In this document: positions 27,462 through 41,330 of the stretch, piece by piece
Layout of the letters: every line of letters starts with the position of its first letter
How positions within the stretch are numbered: position 1 is the first letter of the stretch
Assembly (NCBI RefSeq): GCF_001194135.2
Contig: NC_068993.1
Span: 2,278,522-2,342,521 of the forward strand
Length of the DNA stretch: 64,000 bases
Direction: 5' to 3'
DNA from: Octopus bimaculoides
Lineage: Eukaryota
Program-made: the position numbers and the translations under genes
Notes under the pieces: model-generated
Database searches by the model: none
Seen by the model: the letters and a program-made list of their open reading frames with translations, nothing else
Told to the model about the DNA's origin: nothing

Positions 27462-28694
27462 GCATATATGTGTGCGCGTGTGTGTGTGTGTGTGTGTATA
27501 GGGAGAGAAATATTGAGGCATACGCACGTATCTCTTTGATTACTGAACGGTCATAAATAAATAGTAGTACTAATTCAGATAATATTTAATTATCGACTCT
27601 TAGTCCATTTCTCTATGTGAGCGATACTGAAGATGTATTATACAAGCGTCTTGCAATTGAACAAACCTGAAAGATAAAGAGAATACAACGATAGAAAAAA
27701 AAACATTGGAACACTGTTATTTACGATATTAAGAAAACAGCTTGCTTTGGGTGGTGAATGAAGCAACCAACTTATATACACACACACAGACATGCATGCA
27801 TGTAGAGAGGTATTGTGGAAGATAATAAAACTAATCAATATTCTACGAAAACCACGTGTGACTGTTTTCCACTGAGAGTCAGTTCCTTGTGGGTAGAACC
27901 GTGTTGTGTTTTAATCTGAGTTTTTACGCACATCTTGGCAAACAATTCATTTCCCTTGTATTTGCTGATTGCTTTATATTCCCATATTTATTTATTGATT
28001 TATTGTTTGATATTTCTGTATTTTTTGGAAGGGGTATATACACACATATATGGACACGCACCCCCACGCACATCCACACATATATATATATTGGTAGATA
28101 GACAGATACGGACATAGATATATAGATATCCATATATACATAGTTGCGTCGATTCCAACCGATATAGCTTTATTTCCAATTGATAATAGTTCTCCAATTT
28201 GTTCTTTTATCTATATTTGTTTATATCGTGAGCAACATGTCATATTTTCTTCAGGCGCATGTTCGCTGTTCAGAGCCTTACAGTGTGGGAATGTGTCTTA
28301 GAAGAAATAATCGAAACATCTCCCCTGTTTTCGTGGCCAGAATTAGTCATAAAAGCAATAAATCTTATCATCTCTCTGTTTTTTTAATTTTATTTAGATT
28401 TTCTTGTATATCTTCGCTTCCACAAAATTACTGACCTTTATTGCAGATATTGTCAATGTGAAATACATCCTTGCAATTATTCTTTTTAAAATGTGTATAT
28501 CATTGAATTAACAAAAACAGTTAGACACAAAATATGTATCAGTTGGGTTTGTCTTTGTGTTTTTTTTCTTTTGTAGTATTCAGTATCTGAATTCTTTAGA
28601 ACATCACTGTAGGACGGTGCCATTTAAGCGATTAGCACGGATAGCCTTGTTTATCTGTACTTTGCGTACTTCTTTAATCACAGTACTTTTCTTC

Positions 28695-28716
28695 TTGTCT
28701 TAATTTTCGATGCGTG

Positions 28717-28772
<56 letters not shown>

Positions 28773-28794
28773 CACGCTTCGAAAATTAAGACAA
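28695..28794. repeat. 100-bp near-perfect palindrome: 26-bp arms around (TA)24
   Basis: ttgtcttaattttcgatgcgtgacaa-(TA)24-ttgtcacgcttcgaaaattaagacaa; the arms are 25/26 reverse-complementary. Confidence 0.95.
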
Positions 28795-29400
28795 ACAGTT
28801 AACAGACGAAAATCAATTCATTCCTTTCGGACGATGTTGGTTTAAACTTTCCTAAAACTTATATTCATTAAGTCTAATTCGTTGCCAAGGAAACATCATT
28901 ACCAATTAATTTTAAGGTTTATTAGGAACGTGTCACGTTCTCAAATGCTCAATCACTTTTAATTGGCTAATAAATTCGCATTAATACATTAATCACTTTC
29001 ATACATGATGTAGTAATTTTGATTTAGATATTCGCAAAGGACACCTCCCGCTTAACACTTTTCATGAATATATATTTTATATTAAAAATTATTTAAATGA
29101 TTTGAAAATGTTGAAATATTTTAAATTATTGTTGCAATATCCTACGCCTTTAGTCAATGTGATAAATAGCTAATTGTTACTCAAAAAATTGTCCGAGAAC
29201 CGATCCAAAATATGGTGGAATGTAGGAGACCTTCAAGAGTCATACTTAAAACCATAATAAAAGGCGGTGATCATGTTACAGGTGATTCTGATTTTAGGAT
29301 AAATAACAGAACAGGATACGGAATGCGTTCGTTAATATAACTGATGCAACTGATATTCATTAAATGAATACACACACACACATGTACATAGGTATATGTG

Positions 29401-29437
<37 letters not shown>

Positions 29438-30573
29438 TGGCTTTCTGTTACAAATATACAAGTGAATGTTTATATCTAGCTTGAGGGAAATCCCTTCAGC
29501 TGGATACCTTTAAAGTGCGCAGCCTGGCTATGTAAAAACAAAATCTCTTACAATTCATACATTTTACCTACTTCATTGAATTTAGAAATACAGTTTAAAC
29601 ATTATCTTCGTTAAAATCTCATAAAATATATCATAAACGTCAGCATTAATCCTGATGGTATTTTCGTGGAAAATCCTTATACTTCGCCATAAAGCTGGGA
29701 ACCACAAGAGATATGTATACAAAGTTTCTTTATATCGGTTTCTTAGTGAATCTTAAGAAATATTCTAAGCAATCTAGAACTTTATTGAATAGAAAATGAT
29801 ATCGATACCATGAGCTTACTATAAATCTTTCTGCCTCACGGCATAATGTTTTCCATGTTTTAAAGTGTTTTCATCTATATATCAGTCTTTCATTTCAATG
29901 AAATATTTCCCATATATGATAGTATATAATTGTTAAAATCAATGAATGTATATGTGTATACAAAATTTTATATATATTTATTAACTACTGGAATTATTTT
30001 ACTACAAACTTAAGAAGACATAGTCATTAACTAAAGAATACCGTGTTATGAATATTTCTATAAAAGTTTCATAGATCTATTAAATAAAATATTGTTTTAG
30101 TTGTTAATTATTCCAGTAACAGCGTCGCAAATATTTTTGGGGCATATATCAATATTAGATCTACAAAATAAACACGAACAATGTTTTAAATGTGTAAATA
30201 TTTTCCATGATAAAATAAAAGAAGGTTAATTATTGTTCTTATATTTGATAGTGTTGTTAAACATAAGAACAACAACATTTAATGATGACTAAAGATCGGA
30301 GTAAGGACCCCAAACCTATATGCTTTTATATAAGGGTTCTTCTTGTATGCAAGTTTATTGAGAGTTCCAGTTGTTTGCAATATTTGCTATTTAGTATAGA
30401 AATATATTGTTAGAAAATGTGCTGTGTCGTTGACAAAATTTCTAGGGTAAAATTAAGGGTAAAATATATAGTAACAGTTCTAAATCGATAGATAATCAAT
30501 AAAAAATATCCGATTTCCTAATCAATAAAAATAACGCTATTGTTGAAAAGCAAAAACTCATTTAAGGGTAAAA

Positions 30574-30818
30574 TTTCGAACGCAGTACATCCGTGAAAAT
30601 AGCAGAAAGATTGGGTATTTTACTCTCATATGACAGAAAAAGTTGACAGCAGGCAGTCACAGGACTCGAACCCGCACCTTCTCGATGACAGATGGGTACT
30701 TTACCAATTAAGCTAAACTATCCGCTGACAAAAACGTCCTGCTGACAACTTTTTCCGTCATATAAGGGTAAAATAAACCATTGTTTCTGCTGTTTTCCCG
30801 GCTATACTGCGCTCGAAA
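30574..30818. mobile_element. MITE-like element: ~80-bp imperfect inverted repeats (30574-30653, 30738-30818) enclosing a tRNA-like core
   Basis: Left arm tttcgaacgcagtacatccgtgaaaatagcagaaag...gacagaaaaagttgacagcagg versus reverse complement of right arm tttcgagcgcagtatagccgggaaaacagcagaaac...gacggaaaaagttgtcagcagg, roughly 80-85% identical by eye. The inverted repeat is seen directly; mobility is inferred. Confidence 0.7.
30652..30723 (-). pseudogene. tRNA-like sequence (Asp-GTC-like pseudo-tRNA or SINE head)
   Basis: Minus strand GGATAGTT TAGCTTAATTGGTAAAGT ACCCATCTGTCATCGAGAAGGT GCGGGTTCGAGTCCTGT GACTGCC. A box, B box GGTTCGAGTCC, D stem GCTT/AAGT, T stem GCGGG/CCTGT and acceptor 6/7 (with GU) are present. 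The anticodon stem is broken; T5 lies 11 nt downstream. Confidence 0.7.
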
Positions 30819-31810
30819 TATTACTTTCTCGTCTGTATGATACGATACACATTCAATACTTCCAAAATAAAGAAAAATGTTTGTTTACATCTATCGCTGT
30901 TTATCACATTCTATCCTTAACCATATTTGAATACTACATAATTTCTAATAAGTTTCTGTTATTGAATGTGTACAGTCCACACATGTATCTTCTCCATACC
31001 CTTTATATAAAAGGGATTTTTCATTAAACAAAATAACTTCAAATACATGATTAATCTATTCCCTAAATGAAAGACAATGAGTTTCTAACAATGAAACAGC
31101 CAACTAGACATAGAATCCATACTTTGTTTAAAAAGAACATGCATTTTATAAAAGAAAAATGTCCCAAAAAGTACTTAGATAAAGACGACAACAATGAGAA
31201 ACAAAAGATCATATACGACAAAAAGCAAACAAAAAAAAAAGGCATTTCTTTAGAATTGGTAATGTTTTCTTGACCTAGATCTTCAAATTTTTCAGGAAGA
31301 TGTCTATGAAACTTCAACAATAGCGTTATTTTTATTGATGAGGAAATCGAATATTTTTTATTGATTATCTATTGTTTGAAAAATGTTAATATACTCCAGT
31401 ATTGCGTAGAGCAATGTGTAATCCCAAGAGTACCACATAGAATCTTTTAATCAACACTCACACATTTTGGACATGTCGTCTATGTTTTTTCTATGTTGAA
31501 ATCAATAAATATATGTGAATATATCAATGTTCATATGCACATACACAGACACGCATATACATACATCTACATGTATATCAATGATATCGATGCACATATA
31601 GGATATACATGATCAAACATGGCACACTATATTAATGGCACACATTCATATATATCTACATAAATATACATATAGTAAGTATACGCAATATATGCATATA
31701 TATATATATATATAAAACATATATATATAAACATATATATATATGTGTGTGTGTGTGCATGCGTAAAATAAATATACCCTATGTATGTATGTATGCATGT
31801 ATATATATGT

Positions 31811-31879
<69 letters not shown>

Positions 31880-31885
<6 letters not shown>

Positions 31886-32081
31886 TTTGTCTTCCCACCA
31901 TCGCTTGACAACTGATGCTGGTGATTTACGTCCCCGTAGTATAGCGGTTCGGCAAAAAAACCGATAGAATAAGTACTAAACTTTCAAAGAATATGTCCGG
32001 GAGTCGATTTGCTCGACAAAAGGCGGTGCTCCAGCATGGCCACAGTGAAATGACTGAAACTACTAAAAGAGTAAAAGAGTA
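31880..32081 (+). mobile_element. SINE family A, 3' half
   Basis: catcgcttgacaactgatgctggtg...gcggttcggcaaa...ccgatagaataagtact...ggcggtgctccagcatggcc...gactgaaac...aaaagagtaaaagagta. Confidence 0.9.
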
Positions 32082-32502
32082 AGCAATATAACAAATCACC
32101 AATTACACATCCCAGCAAATGGGAAAGCTTTTCCAGGCTACAATTTCTTGCATTGCTTGAGGACAGATAAAAATATTAAACGCAGTGTTACTTTTTAAGT
32201 CTTGCGATACATACACACGCACACACACATACACACACATACACAGACAGTCACACACATACACACGAATGCAGGCGCGCATACACACGCGCGCGCACAC
32301 ACACGCATTCACACACTCATGCACTCGCGCACATATCTAAGCATATATGATTGAGGATGTGCCATTGTGTTTTTGTATAGGTGTGTAAAACAATATTTGG
32401 AAGTGTATTCATCAATACAGGGGAAACAATTACGTAGACATTAAAAATGCTTTCATACACTTATCCCTTTCTTTCCCTCATACATATATATACATATACA
32501 TA

Positions 32503-32542
<40 letters not shown>

Positions 32543-32550
32543 CATATTTA

Positions 32551-32581
<31 letters not shown>

Positions 32582-33540
32582 GTATATATGCATATATATG
32601 TACACATATATATATGTATGTATACACACATATATGTATCTGTATGTATACGTGTATATATGTATATCTAAATTTTGGGACATAAAATTGTTCTAGAATT
32701 TGTTTTTATTTCGACAGTAGAGGACACATTGCAGATTTGATGTATATTTTCTCAACATACACAAACACACACAAACACACACACACACAAACACACACAC
32801 ATACACACACACAAACACACACACACAAACACACACACACAAACACACACACATGCACATACACAAACACACACAAACACACACACACACACACAAACAC
32901 ACCCACACATACACACACACGCACTGGCACAAACACACAGTTCGCGTACCAATGATACACACACCTCTTGGTTTCTCGGTCCCTGTGCCTCCTTATCTTC
33001 TTTTTTAGAAACACGCATGCACGTATGTCTATTTGTGAGAGATTGTTAGCGTATGGGAACACGTATAGTACCACACATACTCAGATAATTGGTTCATATC
33101 AATTTCTGATAATTTCTATCTTATCAAGATAATTTTGAGTTCTACGTATCAGGAACTGTTCGTATTATTTTATATGAATAGGAATTTGGTAAAGTAGGTG
33201 TTATCAGAATGAAATTGTATTCAGTTGGAAATTTAGAATATGGATGAATACCAGATTCAAATTCAATCTAGAGATGATTACTATTATACATCGGAAGAAA
33301 CAAACAAAAAACACAAGCACACACACACCGAGCAATCTTTAAATCTCAAATAAATCCCACATTCGCTCATAACATGAACCAACTCTTTCCCTCCATATAT
33401 ATATCCATTTTACATCCTCACTTGTTTCATATTCATACGTATCTAACCATCTACCGACATACATATATACATGCATACATATACACATGTATATAATCAT
33501 ATATGTATATATGGTTATAATTATATGCATGTGTATATAT

Positions 33541-33601
<61 letters not shown>

Positions 33602-33996
33602 NNNNNNNNNNNNNNNNNNNNNNNNNNNNNNNNNNNNNNNNNNNNNNNNNNNNNNNNNNNNNNNNNNNNNNNNNNNNNNNNNNNNNNNNNNNNNNNNNNN
33701 NNNNNNNNNNNNNNNNNNNNNNNNNNNNNNNNNNNNNNNNNNNNNNNNNNNNNNNNNNNNNNNNNNNNNNNNNNNNNNNNNNNNNNNNNNNNNNNNNNNN
33801 NNNNNNNNNNNNNNNNNNNNNNNNNNNNNNNNNNNNNNNNNNNNNNNNNNNNNNNNNNNNNNNNNNNNNNNNNNNNNNNNNNNNNNNNNNNNNNNNNNNN
33901 NNNNNNNNNNNNNNNNNNNNNNNNNNNNNNNNNNNNNNNNNNNNNNNNNNNNNNNNNNNNNNNNNNNNNNNNNNNNNNNNNNNNNNNNNNNNNNNN

Positions 33997-34043
<47 letters not shown>

Positions 34044-34427
34044 CGTGAGACGGAAAAAGACAGAGGAAGAGAGAAAGAGAGAGATGTGTATGTGCAGTTT
34101 GTATGTATATATACAATTGCATGCATTGTATACATAATACACACATTTCCCTCTCTCTTCCTTATCTCTGTCTCTCTCTTCATATATATGTGTATGTGTG
34201 TGTGTGTGTATACATGTATATATACACCCATATACATTCATACAGAGGTATGTACATATTTGATACAATATAATATAATGAAATATGATATGCCATGATA
34301 TAATATATAGAGCGTTGAAACGAGTGCGTGATGGGAGGTGGAGACTGAAAATGATGCCGAGGTATAATAAATGAATGACAAGTTATTATTAATAGTATTT
34401 CTGCAAAAGAAACTTAAAGTTTACACA

Positions 34428-34458
<31 letters not shown>

Positions 34459-34477
34459 CGAGTATACTCAAGCACAA

Positions 34478-34514
<37 letters not shown>

Positions 34515-34670
34515 NNNNNNNNNNNNNNNNNNNNNNNNNNNNNNNNNNNNNNNNNNNNNNNNNNNNNNNNNNNNNNNNNNNNNNNNNNNNNNNNNNNNNN
34601 NNNNNNNNNNNNNNNNNNNNNNNNNNNNNNNNNNNNNNNNNNNNNNNNNNNNNNNNNNNATATATAATAT

Positions 34671-34712
<42 letters not shown>

Positions 34713-37700
34713 CATATATGTACAATTATAATTATATATTATATACTTGCTTATTGTTCATATAACTAAATACATCAATCATTTTAAAGTCTAGTCTGAA
34801 GTAAAATGAAATTTCCTAGACACTCCGATGATTAGATATTATTTTTCAATAATATCAGCTACTCAGCCGTAACAGAAATAAGTTTGAATATGTGGAAGTA
34901 TTTCCTTTATTTTTTTTATGCTACATTTTTCAAAATCATATTAGTACACACATAGACACACAGAGTTATATAACATAGACACACATATGTATTCATTTAA
35001 CATAATTTACGTTGGAATATAAGTTAATATTTGCATATATTCTCGATGAGAGTATCTGTAGCCATATATTTTGTGACGAAATATAAATTAATATTTACAT
35101 ATCTATCTACCTATCTATCTACCTATCTATTTGACTATCTGTTTGTCTATCTATCTATATATTTGCACACTCAGACACACACACGCACACACATACACTC
35201 ACTCAACCACACACACACACGCATACATTCTTGTATTACATTTTTTCGCCATTTCGGAAAGTAATCGTTTTATTGTCATATCTCTCTCAGTCTTGCTCAG
35301 CTTTTTTCGTTATGTTGTCTTGAATTAAGTAACACTACAGACTATTAGAAAATCTATTATTACAATTAACAATGACAAAATTTTGTTCTTTTTTCTTTCT
35401 ACATTGCATTTCTGTTTCATCTAAATTGTTAAGTAATAACTTTTTTCTATTCTATACAGGCTATTGCTCTAATAAAGAGGAACACGTCTACGAGTATTAG
35501 TTATATATAACACTCAAGCAGACTTGTAACGATATATCCCGTACTCTAAAAGGTTTTTATGCGCGCCTGTCACAAGCCGAACAAGCTTATGAAAAGAAAC
35601 ATCGAAAAAGGGATTATTTCTAGACATTCCTGTGAGATGACGTTGGCGAGAAAGTCTGAAATCAGGCGGAACAACAACAAAAACAAGAACAACAATAACT
35701 GCAACAGTGGCATTAGCAACAGAGGCAACTTTATGAATTCAGCGATATATTTATTTCCGGCGATTGGGTAACCTGAAATGTTTGGTCTAATAAGGCTTGC
35801 ACGACAATTTACCGGAACTGTCCATCTAGTGATATGATCCAGAGACAAGGCAGGTACAGATATCCAGTGTCAATATGAGACGTGGGTTCAATCGCAGGTA
35901 AAAGGTCCCAAGACTGTACAATGCCATCCCCTGACTTTCTGGTTTTATATCTAAGTGACCTTCTGGAGACATGTTTTAGGATTATAATGATGTTGATGAT
36001 GATGATGATAGACGAACAGAAAGAACAAAATGAACAACAATAACATCAATAATATATACAGTAGGAAATGTTTGTTGGTATCGTTGCACTCCACTCGACC
36101 CTCCCCAATAAACGGTGGTCTTGCAGCAATGTAAAATATCGTTATTATAGATTAAAAAAACACACGCACACACACACGTTTTAATTCGTTACTAATTGTA
36201 GATAGAGCATTGTTGCGCACTCAGAAAATATAGTATATCCTAGTCATTGTTATTGTTGTTGTTTGATTCCAGGTCGTATATTATTAAGCAGGCAGAGCAT
36301 CCCAAGCTATAACAATCAGCATTTTATGTGTTATACAAAATGACGTTATCTACCGTGTCCGCTCTTTATGTACGATGCAAGTGAGTAATTTGAGGAAAAT
36401 TTCGCTATTGTTTCAAGACGTTTGAGCAATTATAAAGGAACTTCCTCATTTGATCATTCAAAGAAGTTTGGCGTGTTATTACTAAAGATATCTGGAATTA
36501 TCAGAGTATAATAATATCAATTAACATGTAATAACTTATTCAGTAGGAAAGGAATAAGCTTTGGTTCGGTTTGGCAACATATTACATCATTTTAATCTGA
36601 GTTTTATCTGAAGTTACTCGAATATTCATTATGGAGTAATTCAAAATTAATATTTTTGGTTTCGGCCAAACAAATATGATTAGAAATAAATCAAGAAAAA
36701 GATGAGAAAAATTATAACAAAACAAAACCAAAAAGAGAAGAGCCACTGATTAGGAGATAATAGAGGCAATGCTTAAAGAATAAGAAGAGACTTTCATTCA
36801 TTAGCAACGCTTTTCAATGAATTGAAATTCAATCACTGTATATTAGATCAATTCAAATTGGAGACTATTTTGTTAATAACAATTTTGCATTGCTAAAACC
36901 CATGAAATATTAAATTATATATAATTCTGTTGTATTGTCGCTAAGGTTATTCTCTAGAACTATCAGTATTGTTCAAAAGATAAAGAAACACACTCCTTTG
37001 GAATTAATCGGAAAACAAAATGTCACATCAATTGTAATTCAATATTATTATGAAAGAAGAATATGCCATTAATTGTTGCTTTGTTTCATTGGGGGATTTG
37101 GAAGAGTTCATTAATGAATTACAATTGTTGCATTACTACGATGTCTAGGCAAAATTATTTCAACAGATTTAATTTTCGTTTCATAATTTCCTTTCCTACC
37201 AATATGTAATAATATTATGTTTAATGTTGTTTATTAAGCACCATACCTTCTGATTATATAAAATATTATTATATCTTTACCAAACATTAGATTTCTAGGA
37301 ACATTACTGCTGATTTATAAAAATATTGTTTCTGCTGTAATATGATACCATTGTCGAACACAGCCTCACATTTAATAAATATCTTAAGCATCAATTGGAC
37401 GTTTGTTCTTATAGGCAGAACGTTTGGTTATGTATGTGAGAAGACCGTGACCTGTGACATAAGTATCTCTCAGCAATTGGGTTATACCTCGCAACGTCTC
37501 GTAAAATATCTACGAAGGATAAACGGAGGATAAAGTCAACTTACTATAGAGATTTCTTCACTCCAATAGATTGACTAATCATTGGTTCAACCGAAAATTT
37601 GCAATCATCCCCTTTAATAAAAAGAACGCTGATGCGGCACAACTCTGGCGATTGCAATGATGCTCCAAATGAAATGTTGATGTTTTAGTTCAGATACTTT

Positions 37701-38129
37701 CGGAAAGAAATATTTGTAGGTAAATAAACATTCGAAAAAAAACTGTGATAGTAAAAGCACAATATATTATTTAAGTATGATGACGAATGCTTATTGTTCA
37801 TTTCTTAAGCAAATAGAAGAGACAATTCTAGAGAAAGCCTGTATTTAACCAGCTTCATCGTACAAGTGTAGTCTCACTAAGTATTGTTGAATTGAAAGTG
37901 AACGAAGAATTCAATACATAAAAGAGAAACGTATATTTACGTATGTTTAATATTATTTATTCTTATATAGAAATTTCATCATTTTGAGACACTACCTGCA
38001 TGATAAACGATAGGTAAATCGCTTCAAATAGCCATTCTACCAACACATTTTTTGAATGAACTTCGTGTTCACATCCACATAGCAGATGAAGAAGAGCACA
38101 AATAGTACGCAATTTGCTGCAATAAAAGC

Positions 38130-38182
<53 letters not shown>
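38130..38182. repeat. Perfect (AAT)n tract
   Basis: Seen directly. Confidence 0.97.
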
Positions 38183-38660
38183 TGCATTAGCAGTCATACG
38201 GAAATATGCAAATTTGTAAAATAACACACCAAACCTTCCATTATGGATGAACACGTTAATGGAACAGTGTACAAAGCAAAATAAATGGAATGATATATAC
38301 CGCCGAAAGAAAATGTGTACTGCTCAGCTACTGTGCAGAATATCAACATATTAGAGCTTAAAAGCTTTCACACACACACACACACACACATTAGCATCGA
38401 GTACCCACAGCGGCAGGTTTTAATATATTAGACATTTAATTACTGTCCCTTGTTCTACAGATCTCTAGCAAAATTAACTGACACTATGCAATAACAGCTG
38501 TTACAACGTGATTAATTTTGCTTTTCTAAGCGATTCTTATCTCAGGAGTAGGGAATGTTGTTTGAAGTTTACGTTTATACAGAACAGGATATATTACTTG
38601 ATAAAAATACACTTATCACATATTGCAGCCACGTTAATGCAGTCGATGCACTCATTCCCA

Positions 38661-39180
38661 CCTCTTCCTCCATCACCACCACCACCACCACAACAACAAC
38701 AATGCCGCCAACATCATCATCATCATCGTCGTCGTCATCATCATCATAATTATCGTCGTCTTTATCAACAATATGTTCATTGTCGTCGTTACCAGACCCA
38801 CCATTTTTGTTACCACAGCGTTGTCATTATTCCCCCTTCCTCATCATCATTATCACCCTCAGCAGCAGCAGCAGTAGCAGCAGCAGCACCAACGTCGGTA
38901 GAAACAGCTTCTTCGTTTTCCTCATTTTCGTCGTCTTCTCATCCTTCTTCTTTACTTTCGTTTTTTTCTTTCTCCTTTTTTTATTTTTTTATTTTTTGAT
39001 GCCACCCGTCGCACTCTTCCTCCTCCACCTCCTCCTCCTCCTCCTCCTCCTCCTCCTCCTCTCTTCTTCTTCTTCTTCTTCTTCTTCTTCTTCTTCTTCT
39101 TCTTCTTTTCTATCGTCTCCCTTTTGTCGTCCTCTTTTTCGTCTCCTTTTTCCCTCTTCGTCTTCATCTCGTTGTTCTTT
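38661..39180. repeat. Compound trinucleotide array (CAC, CAA, CAT, CGT, AGC, CCT, TCT)
   Basis: Seen directly; it generates the homopolymer ORFs at 38508-39258 on both strands. Confidence 0.92.
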
Positions 39181-41127
39181 CTTTCTTTTTCTCATTTTCT
39201 CTTCGTTACAAACTAAGTCTCCTATCAGATAAATAACCATAAGTCTGAAATACAACAAACTGTATTTTCTTTCATCATAAACTCTATGTTAATGTGTTTA
39301 TACCCATTTCCCTGTGTTGCACTCTATTACAGATATATGAACGATATGCTTTACCTAGTCATAGACTCAAACACAATTACGTATGGCACAATAAATAAGA
39401 AACCTCAGCCATATTTACTTGTTTTGTTTTGAACTGTAAAACAAAGGGGAACACTTTGTGTATAATTGGAAGTAAGTGTAGTCCATGTTGAACATAAAAT
39501 GAAGTAGATAGCAAATCATGTCGGATATAATCATTTCTCTGATCCACTAAACTGAAGATAAGTAGTGAAACTTAATTAGTTAAAAATAATTAAACAACTA
39601 ACCTTACCACATCAGTATTAATATTGGACGAGAGTTGATTAGAATTTGGACATAAAAGAAAGTTACAGCCTCGCCTTTCCTCTGTAGTTATGAAAAGTGT
39701 GCTTTTAGAAACCTAAAATGTTCCTGTTTAAATGACTCTCCAAACATTATTGATGAGTGAAATCGCTGCTTCAAATGTCTTCTTGTTGCATGATCGGAGT
39801 TAATTAATATCGAATTAATTGCACAGTTTCATTAAAAATATTCTGCCTTTGAAAAATATAAGACGAGCACAATTTTCTTTTTCATCAGAATCCAATACTT
39901 TCTGCCATATTTTCTGTAGTATTTTCTGTTTCATATTAGAAGCGTTCATTTGTTTTTCTTCTTCCCCACACTGAATTTTTCTATCTTTATCTCAGTGTTT
40001 TCGGTCAAAGTTTAAGCTATTTCCCTCTGAGTTTACTTTGTTTTAACTCATTAAAAACTCTTGGGATTTTATCAGATATCTCTCAATATTAGTTGCTTGT
40101 CGAAGTTAATTAACTTGGGCAAACTTATTAAAGAAACTACAAAAGCAAATTACAAACGCACGCACACACATGTGCGCGCACATCTTTATGCATATACACA
40201 CAAACGTCTGTACACTTAAACAAAACTGCGTACAATATTTCAAAATAAAAGACAATCTATTAGAGCTTTATAAAGAATTAGTAGTTTTAGGAGAAAAAGA
40301 AAACAACCAGGTCCTATTATGCAGTGACGTTTGAAACATAATGGGTACATATCCCTTTTGTTAAAAAAGTACGCTTAGAAAATGTTTGCTGAAGCAATAT
40401 TAAAAATGAAATAAATGGAATCATGGTGTTCAAACTATAACTGAATTCTAATAAACACGAAGCTTTAAGAAGTGCATTTGACGAATAACTTGTTGATTTG
40501 TGAAAAAGAAGGGGCATATTTGTGAATTTATCGATTATATTTAAGTAGTTGTTTGTGTATGTTAATAAATTAATGTTTTCTATTTAATGTTCCATTTATC
40601 TGAATTGATTCTGTTGATCCATCACGATTAGAATGATTAGATAATACGACTAAAATTAAAATACAAACCAGAGAATATTAGTTTCTTTAAAAACACACAA
40701 GAAAGCTTTCTCAGCATCCAGAAGAGGAATCGGCAGGATTTGGAGGTTGTGCAGTAAATAAGACAAACGAGGTTATCACGCTCAAAAAGATGTGGTAGGA
40801 TATCTGATGGATTAACTTGGAAGTAGAACAAAAGGTATACTTCTAATCCTTTATTTTTTGAAAGGATTAAGAGTATTGATCTGAAAACAACGAACAGTTT
40901 AATCAACTGAATGGAAATGACAGAACAGTTATGTTTAATTTAAATGAGTCAACCAGAACTAATGATATGAAAACCTATAAGAGCTGGGAACAATGCTTCA
41001 CGTAGAGAGAATCAAGCGTTGATGTGAACAGTAAAACTTTGGGTTAGTTTTAAAGCCATTACATTTCTATGGAGATAGAATTATTCAGTCACTGTACGTA
41101 CTATCACAGCAAATAAAATTATAAAGT

Positions 41128-41202
41128 TGCACACCGATGCGGATTGAACTCGGGACATTATAGCTGCAAAGGGACTGTTTTAACCGTTCGCCCAAATTGC
41201 TC
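41128..41202 (-). mobile_element. Isolated tRNA-derived SINE head
   Basis: Minus strand GAGCAATTTGGGCGAACGGTTAAAAC...CCGAGTTCAATCCGCATCGG has A-box-like and B-box-like motifs at tRNA spacing, with no complete cloverleaf. Confidence 0.5.
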
Positions 41203-41330
41203 TAAGCTCCTTACATACCTATCAATAATTACAATTGTGTAGTGGTATGAAATGCGCTGGATGAGATTGAGAAAGTAACTAATGTTGAAGCTGGAGTGTT
41301 GTATAGTTATTCATAATGGTCTCCATTAAA

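Noticed and set aside
30652-30723. Functional tRNA-Asp gene
   Set aside because: The anticodon stem does not pair and the acceptor stem has a mismatch; kept as pseudo-tRNA.
38508-39258. Poly-H/P/Q/S/E/R ORFs resembling a transcription-factor low-complexity exon
   Set aside because: All frames on both strands give homopolymers, codons are invariant, and no domain or splice context was seen.
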